Positions 39,701 through 51,558 of a DNA stretch of 64,000 bases are shown one piece after another. A program made the position numbers and the translations under genes. The notes beneath the pieces are model-generated. The model was not told where the DNA came from. It did no database searches and was given only the letters and a program-made list of their open reading frames with translations. Where the stretch lies: contig MCFE01000442.1 in assembly GCA_002104905.1 (NCBI GenBank), forward strand, positions 10,231 to 74,230, given 5' to 3'. This stretch comes from Basidiobolus meristosporus CBS 931.73 (taxonomy: Eukaryota; Fungi; Basidiobolomycota). Every line of letters begins with the position of its first letter. Positions within the stretch are counted from its first letter, which is position 1.

Positions 39701-42449
39701 AACCAACAAGAGCACGAGCAAGCGAAGACTTGAGGAATTGCCACTGCATTGTGTTGGATTCAAGACCTCTGCCCCCGAATACACTCTGCGTACTCGTATC
39801 TGGTCTTCCCTTCGCTCACAAACCTTGTACCGTACAGTCAGTGGCTTTATGAACTACCATAAGGCTCTCAAGCTGTTGTACCGTGTAGAGCATCCTGAGT
39901 TGGTCCAAGGGTACGGAGGCTTTACCGAGGGGCTCGAACGGGAGTTGGACTCCATGGCCCGCCGCAAATTCCGATTTGTCGTGAGTATGCAGAGATACTC
40001 GTCGTTCAGTCAGGAGGAGATGGAGAATGTCGACTTCCTTCTTGAGGCATACCCCGACCTTCAGATTGCCTATCTTGAGGAGGTGGCCAGTGAAGCCGAA
40101 AACGGCGATTCCAAGAAAATCTACAGTTGCCTGATCGACGGAAAATGCGAATTCGACGAAAATGGCAAGCGCATTCCCAAATTCAGAATCCAGCTTCCAG
40201 GGAACCCGATTCTGGGTGATGGTAAATCCGATAACCAGAACCACTCGGTAATCTTCACCCGTGGCGAGTATCTGCAGTTGGTCGATGCCAATCAGGACAA
40301 TTACCTGGAAGAGGCACTGAAGATCAGAAATGTGTTGGCAGAATTCGAACAATATAACGTGGATGAGGTGTCTCCATATTCAGAGTATCCCAACCCATCC
40401 CCTCCTCCAGTAGCCATTGTCGGTGCCCGTGAATACATTTTCTCTGAAAGTGTCGGTATTCTTGGTGACGTTGCTGCCGGAAAAGAAGCCACCTTTGGTA
40501 CTCTCACTCAGCGTATCATGGCCAAGGTTGGAGGTAAACTCCATTACGGACATCCGGATTTCCTCAACTCCATCTACATCAACACCCGTGGTGGTGTCAG
40601 TAAGGCCCAGAAAGGACTCCATCTGAATGAAGATATTTACGCTGGTATGAACGCTTTTGAGCGTGGTGGTCGCATCAAGCACACTGAGTACTTCCAATGC
40701 GGCAAGGGTCGTGATCTTGGTTTCTGCAGTGTACTCAACTTCGTCACCAAGATCGGAACTGGTATGGGCGAACAGATGCTGTCGAGAGAACAGTACTACA
40801 TTGGAACTCAGCTTCCCTTGGATCGCTTCCTCACATTCTTCTACGCCCATCCCGGTTTCCATATCAACAACATCATGATCATGTTGGCTGTTCAGCTGTT
40901 CATGGTTATGGCCATTTGCGTTGCCTCACTCACCAAGATTCTTACCACATGTAAATATGTTGAATTCCCCGCCCCGCACGCACCACCCACCCCCGCCGGC
41001 TGCTACGACATCTGGTCGGTCCACGGATGGATCCACCGCACAGTCCTCTCGATTCTTATTGTGTTCGGTATTGCCTTCATTCCTCTGTTCCTGCAAATTC
41101 TGACCGAGCAAGGAGTTAGCCGCAGTTTCACTCGTCTTGCCAAACAATTTGGCTCCATGTCTCCATTGTTTGAGGTGTTCCTTACCCAGATCTATGCCAA
41201 CAGTTTGATTCAGAACATGAGCTTCGGTGGGGCCCGTTACATTGCCACTGGCCGTGGCTTTGCTATCACCCGCGTCTCCTTCCCTGAGCTCTATTCGCGA
41301 TTCGCCACGTCCAGCATCTATCTGGGAGCCCGAATCATGATTATGCTTATCTACGTTTGCATCAGTGCTTATCTGTCGGACTACATCTACTTCTACTTCA
41401 CTGCGTTGGCGCTGACCATCTCGCCGTTCCTGTTTAACCCACACCAGTTCAAACTGCAGGACTTCCTCGTCGACTACTATCAGCTTCTCCGCTGGTTCTC
41501 CATTGGTAACAGCTCCTCCGAACCCAAATCATGGATCACCTTCCGTCGTATGGATCGTATCAGAGTTGTTGGTTCTAAGCGCAAGAGAATGCAAGATCCC
41601 GAAAACAAAACTGCCAACTACGTTCCTCGTCCGCATGTTCTCGGAATGCTCTTCTCCGAAGTGTTTGTGCCTGTCATCATGGCAGCGGTGATGGCCTGTA
41701 TTTTCGCCTTCAACAGCACCCACACCAAGGGGTTGATCAAGAACCTTATCCATCTTGCCATCATCTCTTTGGCGCCTATCATCCTCAATGCCGGCTTCCT
41801 AATGGGCTTCTTCTTCGTCTCTCTATGTATGGGACCAATGTTCTCCTCATGCGGTAGGAGATTCGGAGATGTCATTGCTGGTATTGCGCACGGGTGGGCT
41901 GTGATCAACTACATCCTCTTTTATATCGTGGCTGCACTGATTGAGGACTGGAACATTGCCAACGCCATTCTGGCCATGATCGCCACCAGCTATATCCACC
42001 AAGCGATCTTCTCGGTGATATTGATCTCCACTAGTCGCGAATACGGCGGAGATGAAGCTAACTTAGCCTGGTGGACTGGCAGGTGGTACAGCCACAACCT
42101 CGGCTACATGGCCTTCACCCTGCCTCTTCGTGAGTTCCTATGCAAACTTCAGGAGATGTCCCAGTTTGCGACCGACTTCATCATCAGTCATTGTATTTTA
42201 TTCCTTCTGTTCATATTCTGCTTGATCCCATACTCCGACAAAATCCACTCCACCATGCTGTTCTGGTTCCGCATTGACGACCACATCCGCCCATCCATCT
42301 ACAGCCCCAAGGAAATCAAGCAGCGCAAGCTGCAATCAATTCTCTATGGAATTCTCCTGGGTGTGATTTTCATCATCTTCCTGGTGGTCTTTATCTTCCC
42401 AACCTTCGGGCACACCTTTATTTCTTACACTCCCTCTGGCTTCCTTTAA
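36771..42449 (+). CDS. FKS1: 1,3-beta-glucan synthase catalytic subunit, single 1892-aa exon
   Basis: FGFQVDNMRNQ, WGEAANIRFVPE, GYDDVNEFFW, RTRIWSSLRSQTLYRT, GDGKSDNQNH, IDA/VDANQDNYLEE, GAREYIFSE, LHYGHPDF, LNEDIYAG, QCGKGRDLG and YAHPGFH. Confidence 0.99.
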   Translation: MAADESSTPNGSSRPPYQESYHMHNFSTAEDGHGSYHEEHSYRTPEPNYLTYLSDDSDSDYSSSHIAPVDGESSVVGALLDSHEHHVPKIPAHMSYVNSGSSSKAASKEKLSYHSDYDSNSAYSDSLYNARSNGPGARMQGTSIDSYSAPRHGTLGDSRYAKYAPSCDSLVALLETKKNNRNESSTSINNSRSSSRNMSRSNSWFSGDGTPPPAFDYNNNSLPRPFFKDDPYPSWAVNRHLPVSREEIKEIFARMQECFGFQVDNMRNQYDALMVMLDSRASRMAPYQALATVHADYIGGENANYKKWYFCAHLNRDNPEERSKRPQETKKKKKMAFKKRAEVFDGDDIEAQDSHECAEESWRIKMAEMSQHDRVGQLALYLMIWGEAANIRFVPEAICFIFKICWDYYSNLQLQGLTTTLPEGHFLQEVITPLYTFIRDQSYDVIHGKLVKKDKDHSTTIGYDDVNEFFWTSEALERIVLDDKKTVRLMDFSPTERFMKLGEVKWELVFRKTYKERRSWSHLLVNFSRFWILHIVMFYFYTMGNATWLYTKHDEKSTPVGVHLGIVAFGGALASFIQLLAAICEYFFIPLQWVSSKILLRRIGLILAILILNCIAGAYTVIVDRASPIATAVGVVGLIIAVFTFCYFAIVPSSQLFARFNDKGNTKNFTNRTFTSNFPRLKDVDRMMSIGLWACVFGCKYIESYFYLALSFKDPLKHTGQYAMAQCAKTDTMLVCQIMNGITLFFMVFLDLILFFLDTYLWYIIINSLFSVARSFYLGVSIWSPWRNVFSRLPKRIYTKILSIDDMELKYQPKVLCSQIWNAIVISMYRDHLLSVEHVQKLLYQQVTSSEGGRSTLKAPSFFISHEDTSFKTEYFPKGSDAERRVSFFAQSLSTPLPETIPVENMPTFTVFTPHYSEKIILSLREVIREEDRNSKITLLEYLKKLYPAEWENFVNDTKVLAEENNMYPSDNEASFQTNKSTSKRRLEELPLHCVGFKTSAPEYTLRTRIWSSLRSQTLYRTVSGFMNYHKALKLLYRVEHPELVQGYGGFTEGLERELDSMARRKFRFVVSMQRYSSFSQEEMENVDFLLEAYPDLQIAYLEEVASEAENGDSKKIYSCLIDGKCEFDENGKRIPKFRIQLPGNPILGDGKSDNQNHSVIFTRGEYLQLVDANQDNYLEEALKIRNVLAEFEQYNVDEVSPYSEYPNPSPPPVAIVGAREYIFSESVGILGDVAAGKEATFGTLTQRIMAKVGGKLHYGHPDFLNSIYINTRGGVSKAQKGLHLNEDIYAGMNAFERGGRIKHTEYFQCGKGRDLGFCSVLNFVTKIGTGMGEQMLSREQYYIGTQLPLDRFLTFFYAHPGFHINNIMIMLAVQLFMVMAICVASLTKILTTCKYVEFPAPHAPPTPAGCYDIWSVHGWIHRTVLSILIVFGIAFIPLFLQILTEQGVSRSFTRLAKQFGSMSPLFEVFLTQIYANSLIQNMSFGGARYIATGRGFAITRVSFPELYSRFATSSIYLGARIMIMLIYVCISAYLSDYIYFYFTALALTISPFLFNPHQFKLQDFLVDYYQLLRWFSIGNSSSEPKSWITFRRMDRIRVVGSKRKRMQDPENKTANYVPRPHVLGMLFSEVFVPVIMAAVMACIFAFNSTHTKGLIKNLIHLAIISLAPIILNAGFLMGFFFVSLCMGPMFSSCGRRFGDVIAGIAHGWAVINYILFYIVAALIEDWNIANAILAMIATSYIHQAIFSVILISTSREYGGDEANLAWWTGRWYSHNLGYMAFTLPLREFLCKLQEMSQFATDFIISHCILFLLFIFCLIPYSDKIHSTMLFWFRIDDHIRPSIYSPKEIKQRKLQSILYGILLGVIFIIFLVVFIFPTFGHTFISYTPSGFL

Positions 42450-42895
42450 TTCAATCTTGTTCTTTGCTCCTCATTGTTCATTGTTGTTAATAAATAATAA
42501 ATCCTTAGATAACCTACCCTAACCCTACCGAATGATGTAGTTGCTGAAAAAAGATTAATATGAATGGAGAATGCGTTTTAAAATTAATTCATTAGTTTGT
42601 GGCAGAATTTGTTGCCAATCATGTATGCATTTTCTTATGAATTCGTTCACACAGACATAGATAAATGAGAAGATATTTTTGGATCTGAGTGTGGGATGAT
42701 AATGGCACATAATATGTCATCTAAGAGATAATGGGATCAGACGTTTTTTTGTCGGCTGAGCATATGGTTATCAGGTGATCATCGAATGTTTTATGGTTTA
42801 TTTCGTGTAGCGATTAATTGTCATGAAAACTGCAAAATGTCGAGGAGGTCTAGTTGGCCAACAAAACAACCTGAATCTACTTTAATTAAATTAAA

Positions 42896-44221
42896 TTAAA
42901 TCAAATCAGCGACGTTCATGGGCATCTCATCGATTTGAGTGTTGTAGAACTTCTCGATGTCACGGAGCATGACAACATCGTCGTTGGTGACGAAGTTGAT
43001 GGCAACACCCTTACGACCGAAACGACCACCACGACCAATACGATGGATGTAGTTCTCACGGTTGCTGGGGATGTCGTAGTTGATGACCAAGGACACTTGT
43101 TGCACATCGATACCACGAGCCAAAAGATCGGTGGTGATCAACACACGGGAGGATCCGGAACGGAACTCCTTCATGATGACCTCACGCTGCTCTTGCTCCA
43201 TATCTCCGTGCATGGCAGAGACAGTGAACTCGCGCTCGTGGAGCTTCTCAGTGAGCCAGTCGACCTTTCTTCTGGTGTTACAGAAGATGACGGCCTGGGT
43301 GATGGTGACAGTCTCGTACAAATCGCAGAGGGTGTCGAGCTTCCAGTCTTCCTTCTCAACGGCAACGTAGAATTGCTTGATACCTTCGAGGGTAAGCTCA
43401 TCACGCTTGACCAAAATACGGATGGGGTCACGCATGAACTTGGAGGTAACCTCAAGGACGTCAGCGGGCATGGTGGCGGAAAGAAGGACAACTTGGACCT
43501 CGGTGGGGAGAAGTTGGAAGACTTCGTAGATTTGGTCCTTGAAACCACGAGAAAGCATCTCATCGGCTTCATCAAGAACGAACATCTTGAGGTGGTCGGT
43601 CTTGAGGGCACCACGGTTGATCATATCGTAGACACGACCGGGGGTACCGACAACAACGTGAACACCAGCCTCCAACTTCTGGATATCCTCGCGGACAGTT
43701 CTACCACCGATACAGGCGTGACTCTCAATGTTCATGAAGTCACCAATGGCCATAAGGACCTTTTGGATCTGTTGGGCCAACTCACGAGTGGGGGCAAGAA
43801 CGAGAGCTTGGCATTGCTTGATGGAAACATCAAGAGATTGGAGGATGGAGATGGAGAAGGTGGCGGTTTTACCGGTACCGGATTGGGCCTGAGCGATAAC
43901 ATCGTGACGCTTCAAGACAGGGAGAATAGCACGCTGCTGAATAGCAGATGGGCGTTCGAAACCGTAGGCGTAGATACCACGGAGCAACTCGTCACGAAGG
44001 TTCATGTTATCGAAGTTGTCGACAACCTCATCCCAGTTGGTCTACATGAGGGCAGAGTTGAATACTTGGTCCAGGAAAGCATGATGTTTGAAAGAAATAT
44101 ACCTCAATCTCACCACCAACGTCGTTCAAAATCTCAGAGTCTCTGTAGAAGGAAAACACAGTTCAATAAAATGATCACAGATCGGCTAACCAGCGAGAAA
44201 CACCTACCTGTTGTCAGCCAT
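42896..44221 (-). CDS. TIF1: Translation initiation factor eIF4A (DEAD-box helicase), 3 exons
   Basis: [45 protein letters not shown] and [13 protein letters not shown]. Two short 5' introns give MADNR|[13 protein letters not shown]|TNWDEVV. Confidence 0.98.
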
Positions 44222-44998
44222 GATGACCAATATGTAAGCAAACTAGATAAGCTGTGCTTTGAGAAAAGAAGGTATAACAAAGAAAAGTCGGCTAGTTTTG
44301 GGCATATCGGTGAAATTTTGTGATTGGACCGTAGGAGTTCCAACTTGGGTGGGCATACAAAAAAATGAATTTTTTGGGGATAGCCCAGGTCATATATGGG
44401 CGAATCATGGGCGATTCGATGGTGACCAAAGCAATCCACTAATTTTTTTTATTGGGAAAAAAAGCCAAAAATCCGAGAAGTGCGTCGAATGGTCAACAAA
44501 GAGGATAAAACAAACAGCAACTTGGCCAAATAAATGCAATGAGCTATTCAAATCACTGGGAAATTGACTATGGAATAGATCAATCTGAAGTCAGATAATT
44601 GGTTTTGATGTGGAAAATTTACCAAGTCTTGTTACGAAGCAAGGTTATATCAGTCCCTTGTTTCAATCGGCATTGTACTAAAGCGTACAAGTGCTCTTTA
44701 GTTTAGGTCTTTTTGGTTCAAAAGTTCCCAGACCGTTCAGCGTTGATATCCTTGGCGATTCGCTTTTGTCGAGTTTTCCTGCGTTGAATTTTTCAGAATT
44801 AACTCCCAGCTCAAGTTCAGTGGATGCTTCGATTACTCCTATCTTTTCCTTAGCCAATCTATCCAGCCACCCATTTAAACAGTAGTTTTTTATTCGATCG
44901 GCCAGTCACGCTTCTCCCTTCAGTAATCCCTTATTTCTTGCGATCACTTTTGTGCATTCTTTTCCCAAATCTTTCTCTAGCCGTTTCTCCATTTCTGA

Positions 44999-47760
44999 AT
45001 GGGGGTAAGTTCTCCTCGCAAGTTCTCCTTTGAAGCATTGACCAATTCTTCCCTTCCCTTCCAGCCCTCCACTATGATCAATAGCTCTAATGAAGATCAA
45101 ATATCGAATGCTCCAGCGAGTACTCAAATCCTCACCGAGGAAAACCCCACGACTGTTTCCAAAGATAGAAACCCGGCAATTCAGGAGGGCAGAAAGATGA
45201 TTCTTCTAAAACGACCTGAGCCGATTGTTCCTGCGGCCGAACCAGATCCCATAGAGGCTCAGCCAACTGAGGAGAGTTCAAGCGTCGAGTTGGAGGAAGA
45301 TAATGAACTCGACGAAAATGAAGTTCCGAGTAACAACGAGTTGGACGGGTTTCTGCTGGCTGCCCTGAAGAGCCCCAAAGATAGACTTTTGCTGTTGAAG
45401 CTGGATCAGGAGATGGAGAGGTTCATCAACGATCCAAGGTAACTATCGTGTTGTTGCGATCAGCACTGCTGCTCGGTTCTAAATGGCGTTTTTTCTCTTT
45501 GGAATAGTCGTAATCGCTTGGAGTTCCCCCAGATGAATGCTTACCAGCGATTGATCGTTCATCGTGTGGCACAGTACTTCAAACTCTCCCATGTCGTGGA
45601 TTCGTCCAAGAAGGCGGTCATCCTTTACAAATCTCCAGAAACTGAGATGTAATTAACACTACAGCAAAGTGATCAATCAAACCGTGTTGCTGATTTTTCT
45701 TGACTTGATTTAGACCTATACTTCGGTTTATGGACTTGCTTGAGCAGGAGGAGGAGCCCGCACCGCAATCATTGAAGATTATGCGTAGATCAAGCAACAC
45801 CAAATCTGTACAGAAACAAGGATCTAATGACGGCAATGGAAGTGGATCGGACGTGGACAAACGGATGATGAGCATCGAAGAGCGCGAAGCAGCTTACCAG
45901 AGGGCCAGAGCCAGGATCTTCCAGGAGTCCGAGGAGAAGAAGCCTACCGTTTCACAGAGCTCAGAGGCTAGCAACGAACCAGTCACACAAGAGCCAATTG
46001 ACTCCCAGCAATCCCCAATCCATAGCGACTCCGAGTCGAGTAAAGGTAGAAGCTCCACTGCAAATAAACCTAATAGCGGGACCTTCGTTAAAGGGGGGAA
46101 GAGCAGCCAGATTCGTGGAAATAATGTCAACATCAAAGCAGGCTCGCCTAGACCTGGGAATCAGAACCAACGCTATCCTCGGAATACATTCAACCCCCCT
46201 ACTCCTGTGAATAATTTCAACAACGAATGGACACGAAACGCCGCGTTCCCTTATAACAATGGTCTTTCCGGAGGCAATGCATATTCCTCCAATGCTCATA
46301 TGTATCAAGCTAACCCTGGATTCATGAATCCCTATGAGCTCCCTGCTGCCTCATCTCAAGGCCGCATGAACGACAGAGCCACGGGTAATATCTCCAACAT
46401 GAATTACAATATCCCTTCCAGGGAGTGGAACCCTAACATGGGCCCCTACCAGAGCGCGCCTGGTCTTTGGAATACGCCAGACGAGGCACCCAACGGATTC
46501 TTCTATAACCCACAGCAAGGCCCTCAATATCCAAACCTTGCCAATGCCAATGCCAACTCCAATCCCAACATGCCTCGAGATGACCCCTCGTTTTCAGCTC
46601 AGGGCCGACAAGCTGGTACGTACGCGCATCCTGGGCGTCCGGGCCCTGGGTACAAGGAATTCCCTCCACACAACCCGATGTATGCGGACAAAAACAGAGA
46701 CAATTCGCACCAGCAGCTCTGGGGGAACAAATGGAATGATTACGGCGGCAAAGAGGCCGGAATCCAGAGCCGTCAAGAGTACCAGTCTGGTGGATTTATG
46801 GCCAAGAACACGCTTGACAATAATATGATGAATACTCCACCAACAGAAAACCCCGAAAAGCCCTCTTCGAACGTCAAGCCCCCTACAGGGCAGCCAAGTA
46901 TCCCTGGCCACCCGTTCAACCACAACTGGGTAGGCCCAGAAATGATGGGTTATGTTCCTCCTCAGGGCCCTGGCTCAGAATATCCTATACATCCGCAGCT
47001 TGCCGGAAACTCGGCACCACAAGGGAATCCTGCACTTGGTCCTCCGATTGGATTCCAGCGACAGAAGTCGCCGGAATATATGCATATGTCAAGGATGAAC
47101 ATGAGGGGGCCCATGATAGGCAATCAATTCATAAGCCCGCACGTATCTTCTGTATATGACGTTGAACGTCGTCCGCCTAAAACCAAGGAGCTTTTTGATC
47201 CCAACAATCCGGCGGCGTCATCTACGAATCCGCAGAACAAGTCACTGGGGGTTAAGGGTTATGGAAATGCGCCATTCCGAGGCCCTCGTCGAGGCCCAAA
47301 CGCCGAGGTGGCTTCCTTGGAGGCGGGCATGAAATCGATATCTATCGCGCCTTCTCGGAGTAATTTCCAAGGATCTCGGAATAGGAAAGAAAACCAACTA
47401 CTGTTTGATTATACCATTCAGCCTTACGAAGGTGTCAAGCCAACAGACCAGCCACACAAGCCAACCCATATCCTAGAGATTCACGATATCGTTGGAGAGC
47501 CTAACTGGAGTGAGCTACTTCCAAGCGCTACCATCAAGTTCATTGCCAAGGAAAACGTTACTTTGGCTATATTCAAGAACTCGCAGGTCGCCAGAGAAGT
47601 GCTGGAATCCACGGAGAATGGTGACTTCAAGTTGAAGCCATGGTCCCCGGTTGTGCTCAAGATCAACGCAGCCAGTAATTCCAGCTCCCCCAAATCCGAG
47701 AATTCCTCTGAGGAACCAACAGCGCCTCAACTTGATTCAAGTGACATTGAAAACGCATAG
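44999..47760 (+). CDS. R3H-SUZ RNA-binding protein (Encore/R3HDM/Rbs1-like) with N/P/Q-rich region and C-terminal RRM-like domain
   Basis: DRLLLLKLDQEMERFI, LEFPQMNAYQRLIVHRVAQYF (R3H), KIMRR..SIEEREAAYQRARARIF (SUZ) and ELFDPN (SUZ-C-like). Confidence 0.9.
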
Positions 47761-47802
47761 AGTTTATTTTTGAACCATCATCTTCTCCCTGTGTACTTTT
47801 CT

Positions 47803-47826
47803 ACCCTTACCCTTACCCTTACCCTT
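47803..47826. repeat. (ACCCTT)4 hexamer microsatellite in a 3' UTR
   Basis: Four perfect tandem units seen directly. Confidence 0.9.
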
Positions 47827-48244
47827 CACCATCACTTACACTTTATGTCGTCTACCAACTATAGTTTATTTTGTTAAGTTATACGAGACCTGATGTATGC
47901 TTGTGAGTCGGTCATGTTATCGTGGATGTTTCAACTCACACTTAGGCTTTCTTTCCCCTGGATTCTCTCTACCAAGTATTTCTCATCGTGTACCTGTATG
48001 TGTATGTTCCGCAACATCAATGCTAAATCTCTACCTTGTTACCCATCGATTAAGCTAATAACAAATAAGCAAAAGACTATCATTCCTCCCTTTGAGAATG
48101 CTGAAGTGTAGGTGGTGTGGCCGCAAGATTCGGATGTTGATGAATAATCATTCGAAATCTTGGTGCCCATATCACGTGATGCATCACCATTGAAAGCCTT
48201 ACACAAAACAGTTCCGGCTAGCCAACATTGTTATCCGCGGCAGA

Positions 48245-49638
48245 ATGTCAGCCGTCACAATGAGAAGGAATGGTGCCAAACCTGGCAAGACCACTTTCAC
48301 GGACAGCAATCATTTCCAGGAAGAGAATGCCGTGTGCCCTGTGTGTAAGAGTGATCGTTACCTGAATCCAAACATGAAACTGCTTGTCAGCACATGTTTC
48401 CACAAAATGTATGTGCGTTACTGGCGATGCATTCTTTTCAAGCAACCAGCGGTTAAAAGTTTTCGCTTTCCTACTTCCCATCGGTTCTCTGTGGGGGTAT
48501 ATTAGGTGTGAATCATGCATAGATCGACTCTTTACCCAAGGGCCGGCTCCTTGTCCCATTTGCCAACAAGTATTAAGGAAAACGAACTTTGCCTCGCAGA
48601 CGTTTGAGGACTTGCATGTTGAAAAGGAGGTCAGAGTGCGTAAGAGAGTTGCCAAATTGTAAGTATCCGGAGAATAGCTCTCGATTGTCCGTGCTTACTG
48701 ACTGCGTGGTTCGTAGCTTCAACAAGCGACAAGAGGATTTTCCAACGCTGCGGGCATACAATGACTATCTAGAGGAGCTTGAAGAAATCAGTGAGTCTTT
48801 TTGACCTCCTCAACAGGTTCTTTATCAGATAGTAATGCGAGTCCCGAATTTTCGTAGTCTTCAACCTGATCAACGAGGTCGATGTGCAGGAAACGGAAGA
48901 GAAAATCCAGCGATTTGCTGATGAAAACAAAGAAAGCATCTCCCTGAATGCTGCTCGACAGTTGAACGAAGAAAGATTGGCTCAGTACAAGATGACCCAG
49001 GAGAAGAAGGAAAAGCAACTCCAACGTGAGGCGTATCTCCAGGAAATGACGGAGGAGGAGAAGTTGAAGAAGATCGAGAAAGAGGAAGTACTCAACCAAT
49101 TGGTATCTCTCCCCTGACAAATTACCATTGTATGAGGGACGTACTGAATTCAATTCTACCCGATGTGTAGGCTTCATCCGACAAGTCTGCCCAGGATATT
49201 CTTGCTAGCAGAGCAGCGTTAGCGCTCAAGAAGTCCTCTATGCGTAGACAAGATTTCACCAACTCGCGAGCCATGCCCAATCAACAGAATTGGTTTCTCT
49301 TTCATAACGAGGATTTGGCTGATGAAGTGCTAGATGATTTCGATTCAGTGGACACCGAGTACGCCGACGTTACCAACTTTACGCTGCAGGAGCAGTACTA
49401 CGACCCGTATCCTTTATTTTCTATATTCCAATGCCAAGTCACCCTTTCCATGATGGCCCATTGTTCTTAACTCTATACTAGCCTGGTGCAACCAGCGCAG
49501 AAGGAAAAGATCGCCAAGGCTGGTGGCTTTTTAGTGAAATTCTCGTACCATCGAGACGTCGAATCCGCTTTCAACGGACTTCTACTTGAGCCGGTTCCTA
49601 ATGAGGAGCCCGTGGATACGCCGATGGACCAATCTTAG
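48245..49638 (+). CDS. TFB3: CDK-activating kinase assembly factor MAT1 / TFIIH subunit
   Basis: RING domain [17 protein letters not shown]|[16 protein letters not shown], then [31 protein letters not shown]. Confidence 0.95.
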
Positions 49639-49779
49639 GTTTAGACTTCAACCCACGTTTCTCTTATTTGCCTATTGAGAGGCACACGGACCTTCCATGA
49701 TGCTACACAGGCAGCCTTACCATTATATTTATTATTATAATTCTTAGTGGATTCTAAAATATACATGAAGGACGCTTCT

Positions 49780-51010
49780 TCAACTTCTAGATTGTTGAAG
49801 CTTTGGTCTGGCTTCATCCCAGGGGCCATGGATCTCGCTGTAATAATAAAAAGCAATCGAACATTAGATCGGGTTAGATGGAAGCGAGTCCCGCAAATGC
49901 ACATACTTCTTGTATTTCTGAATCCAAATCAGCCAAAACGGGCACCCGAAAGTGATGAATCCCATGGCTATGATGTAGAAGGTGGCCAGGGCTTTCGAGA
50001 TGAAGTAAAAGAGCCCAGCTGCCGAGCAGAACAGCACGCACGATAGGATGATGTTGGAATGGCTAGAGAGACTCTGAGAAATGGGTTAGCACAATGCTTG
50101 GATCCGCCCTACAGATCGGCTTACCTTGATATGGCGTCTAAAGATCGGGAACAAAGCGAACCATTCTACGGCAAATGACATCAGCCCAAAGACCTCCATA
50201 TTCGATGGTAGACGAGAAGCTAGCAAGACTGACGCGAATATGGCCGCGTTTGTTGATAAAGAGCTGGGAAACCTGCACAATAAGTCATGTCAGTTAGTTC
50301 TGCTCTCGAAGGGCTCACTGGAGAAATTCGGGGACACTTGCTTGATATTGGTTCGGTTTCCGGACCCGTAATCGTGCAAAAGCATATTTACCAAGAACAA
50401 GCAGACCGTTACTGCCCATATCGTGTCACTGCTGGTATCCTTGGTCAGCGTTTTCAAAATTGGCGAGAATCCTAGCAAAGCAACAAACAGAAGTACTGCA
50501 CTCTTGGTGGTCTTCAGCCCTGGGAAGGACGCATCTATTTAGCGATACTTCATCAATACCCGAGATACACACTTGATATTTACTTTTGTGCTGGTAAAGC
50601 GGGTCGGTTTTGCTAATGCTATAGTCCCAGTATATATACCCAACTCCCGTAGATAAAGTACCGCTCCAGATCAACGTTTGTGCTGATAATACTTTATGAT
50701 ATAGCCAAATAAACACCGCGACAAAGATAATGATACTGCTGATGTGTTGCGTTATCACCGTAGATTCACGAACCACTGTCCAGTAATCGTAAGATCGCAC
50801 ATTGGCTGCATCGATGGTTGATTAGAGGGTGCCAATCTGTATGGTCTGCAGAAAAATATGTACCGTTCTTCTGCATCTCTTCAAGAAAAGAACTGTCAAC
50901 ATAATTGTCGGGGTACTCTTGCTTGACATACAAAAGCTTTTGCCATTTCTGTTTGGGTGTAACCGGAAGTTGTTGACCCCTGGCTCTTTGTTTTATCTAA
51001 AGTCGTGGAT
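49780..51010 (-). CDS. GPI2: GPI-GlcNAc transferase subunit PIG-C/Gpi2; apparent -1 frameshift at 50910-50912; start codon not located
   Basis: WQKLLYVKQEY(P)DNYVD..FL, LGFSPILKTLTKDTSSDTIWA, SLSTNAAIFASVLLASRL and EIHGPWDEARP. Confidence 0.9.
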
Positions 51011-51558
51011 GAAGAGGTAAGCCCGTTTCAGTATTGAATGTCGACAAGCCTATTTCAAAGATTCGGTATATACCTTAGTTGGGTCCCTTTTGTAGGGTGG
51101 ATTCAAGTTGGTGTCAAGGAAATGGTGAGACTAGGGCTAAGTTCGCGTTCACGCAAGAAGGTGGTAATTCCTATTTACCTTTCGACTTGAAACACACCGC
51201 AAAATGACTCTTCTTGAATATACTGCTTTCCGTCATTAGGGGAATACGTCAAGGTCATTTATATGGTAGATGTGGGCTAGAAGAAAGGCTAACGAGCTCT
51301 TCCCAGGAGTTATAAAATACAATAATAATTGTGGAGTGTCCACTGGGTAACTTATTGTTGGGCGAAATATATATTCTGGAATTAAGGTTTCCGGAATCAG
51401 CTAGCTTGATGCTCATGGCGGTCCGAAAAATTTTGTTTTTGAATATGATTGCCTGTATCAGATTTATTTGACGAGCTGAGCCTGATTCTTCCAACTCTTA
51501 GAGCGTGTGGTCTTAAGTGTCTCAACTACGACCTATATACCAATTCGAAGCTACTGAA

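Noticed and set aside
42935-44323. 462-aa + strand ORF
   Set aside because: It is antisense to eIF4A. Strong codon bias of a highly expressed gene keeps the opposite frame open, and it has no recognisable domain.
42505-47826. Telomere-like CCCTAA/ACCCTT runs at ~42512 and 47803
   Set aside because: Too short, and located in ordinary 3' UTRs; best explained as microsatellites.
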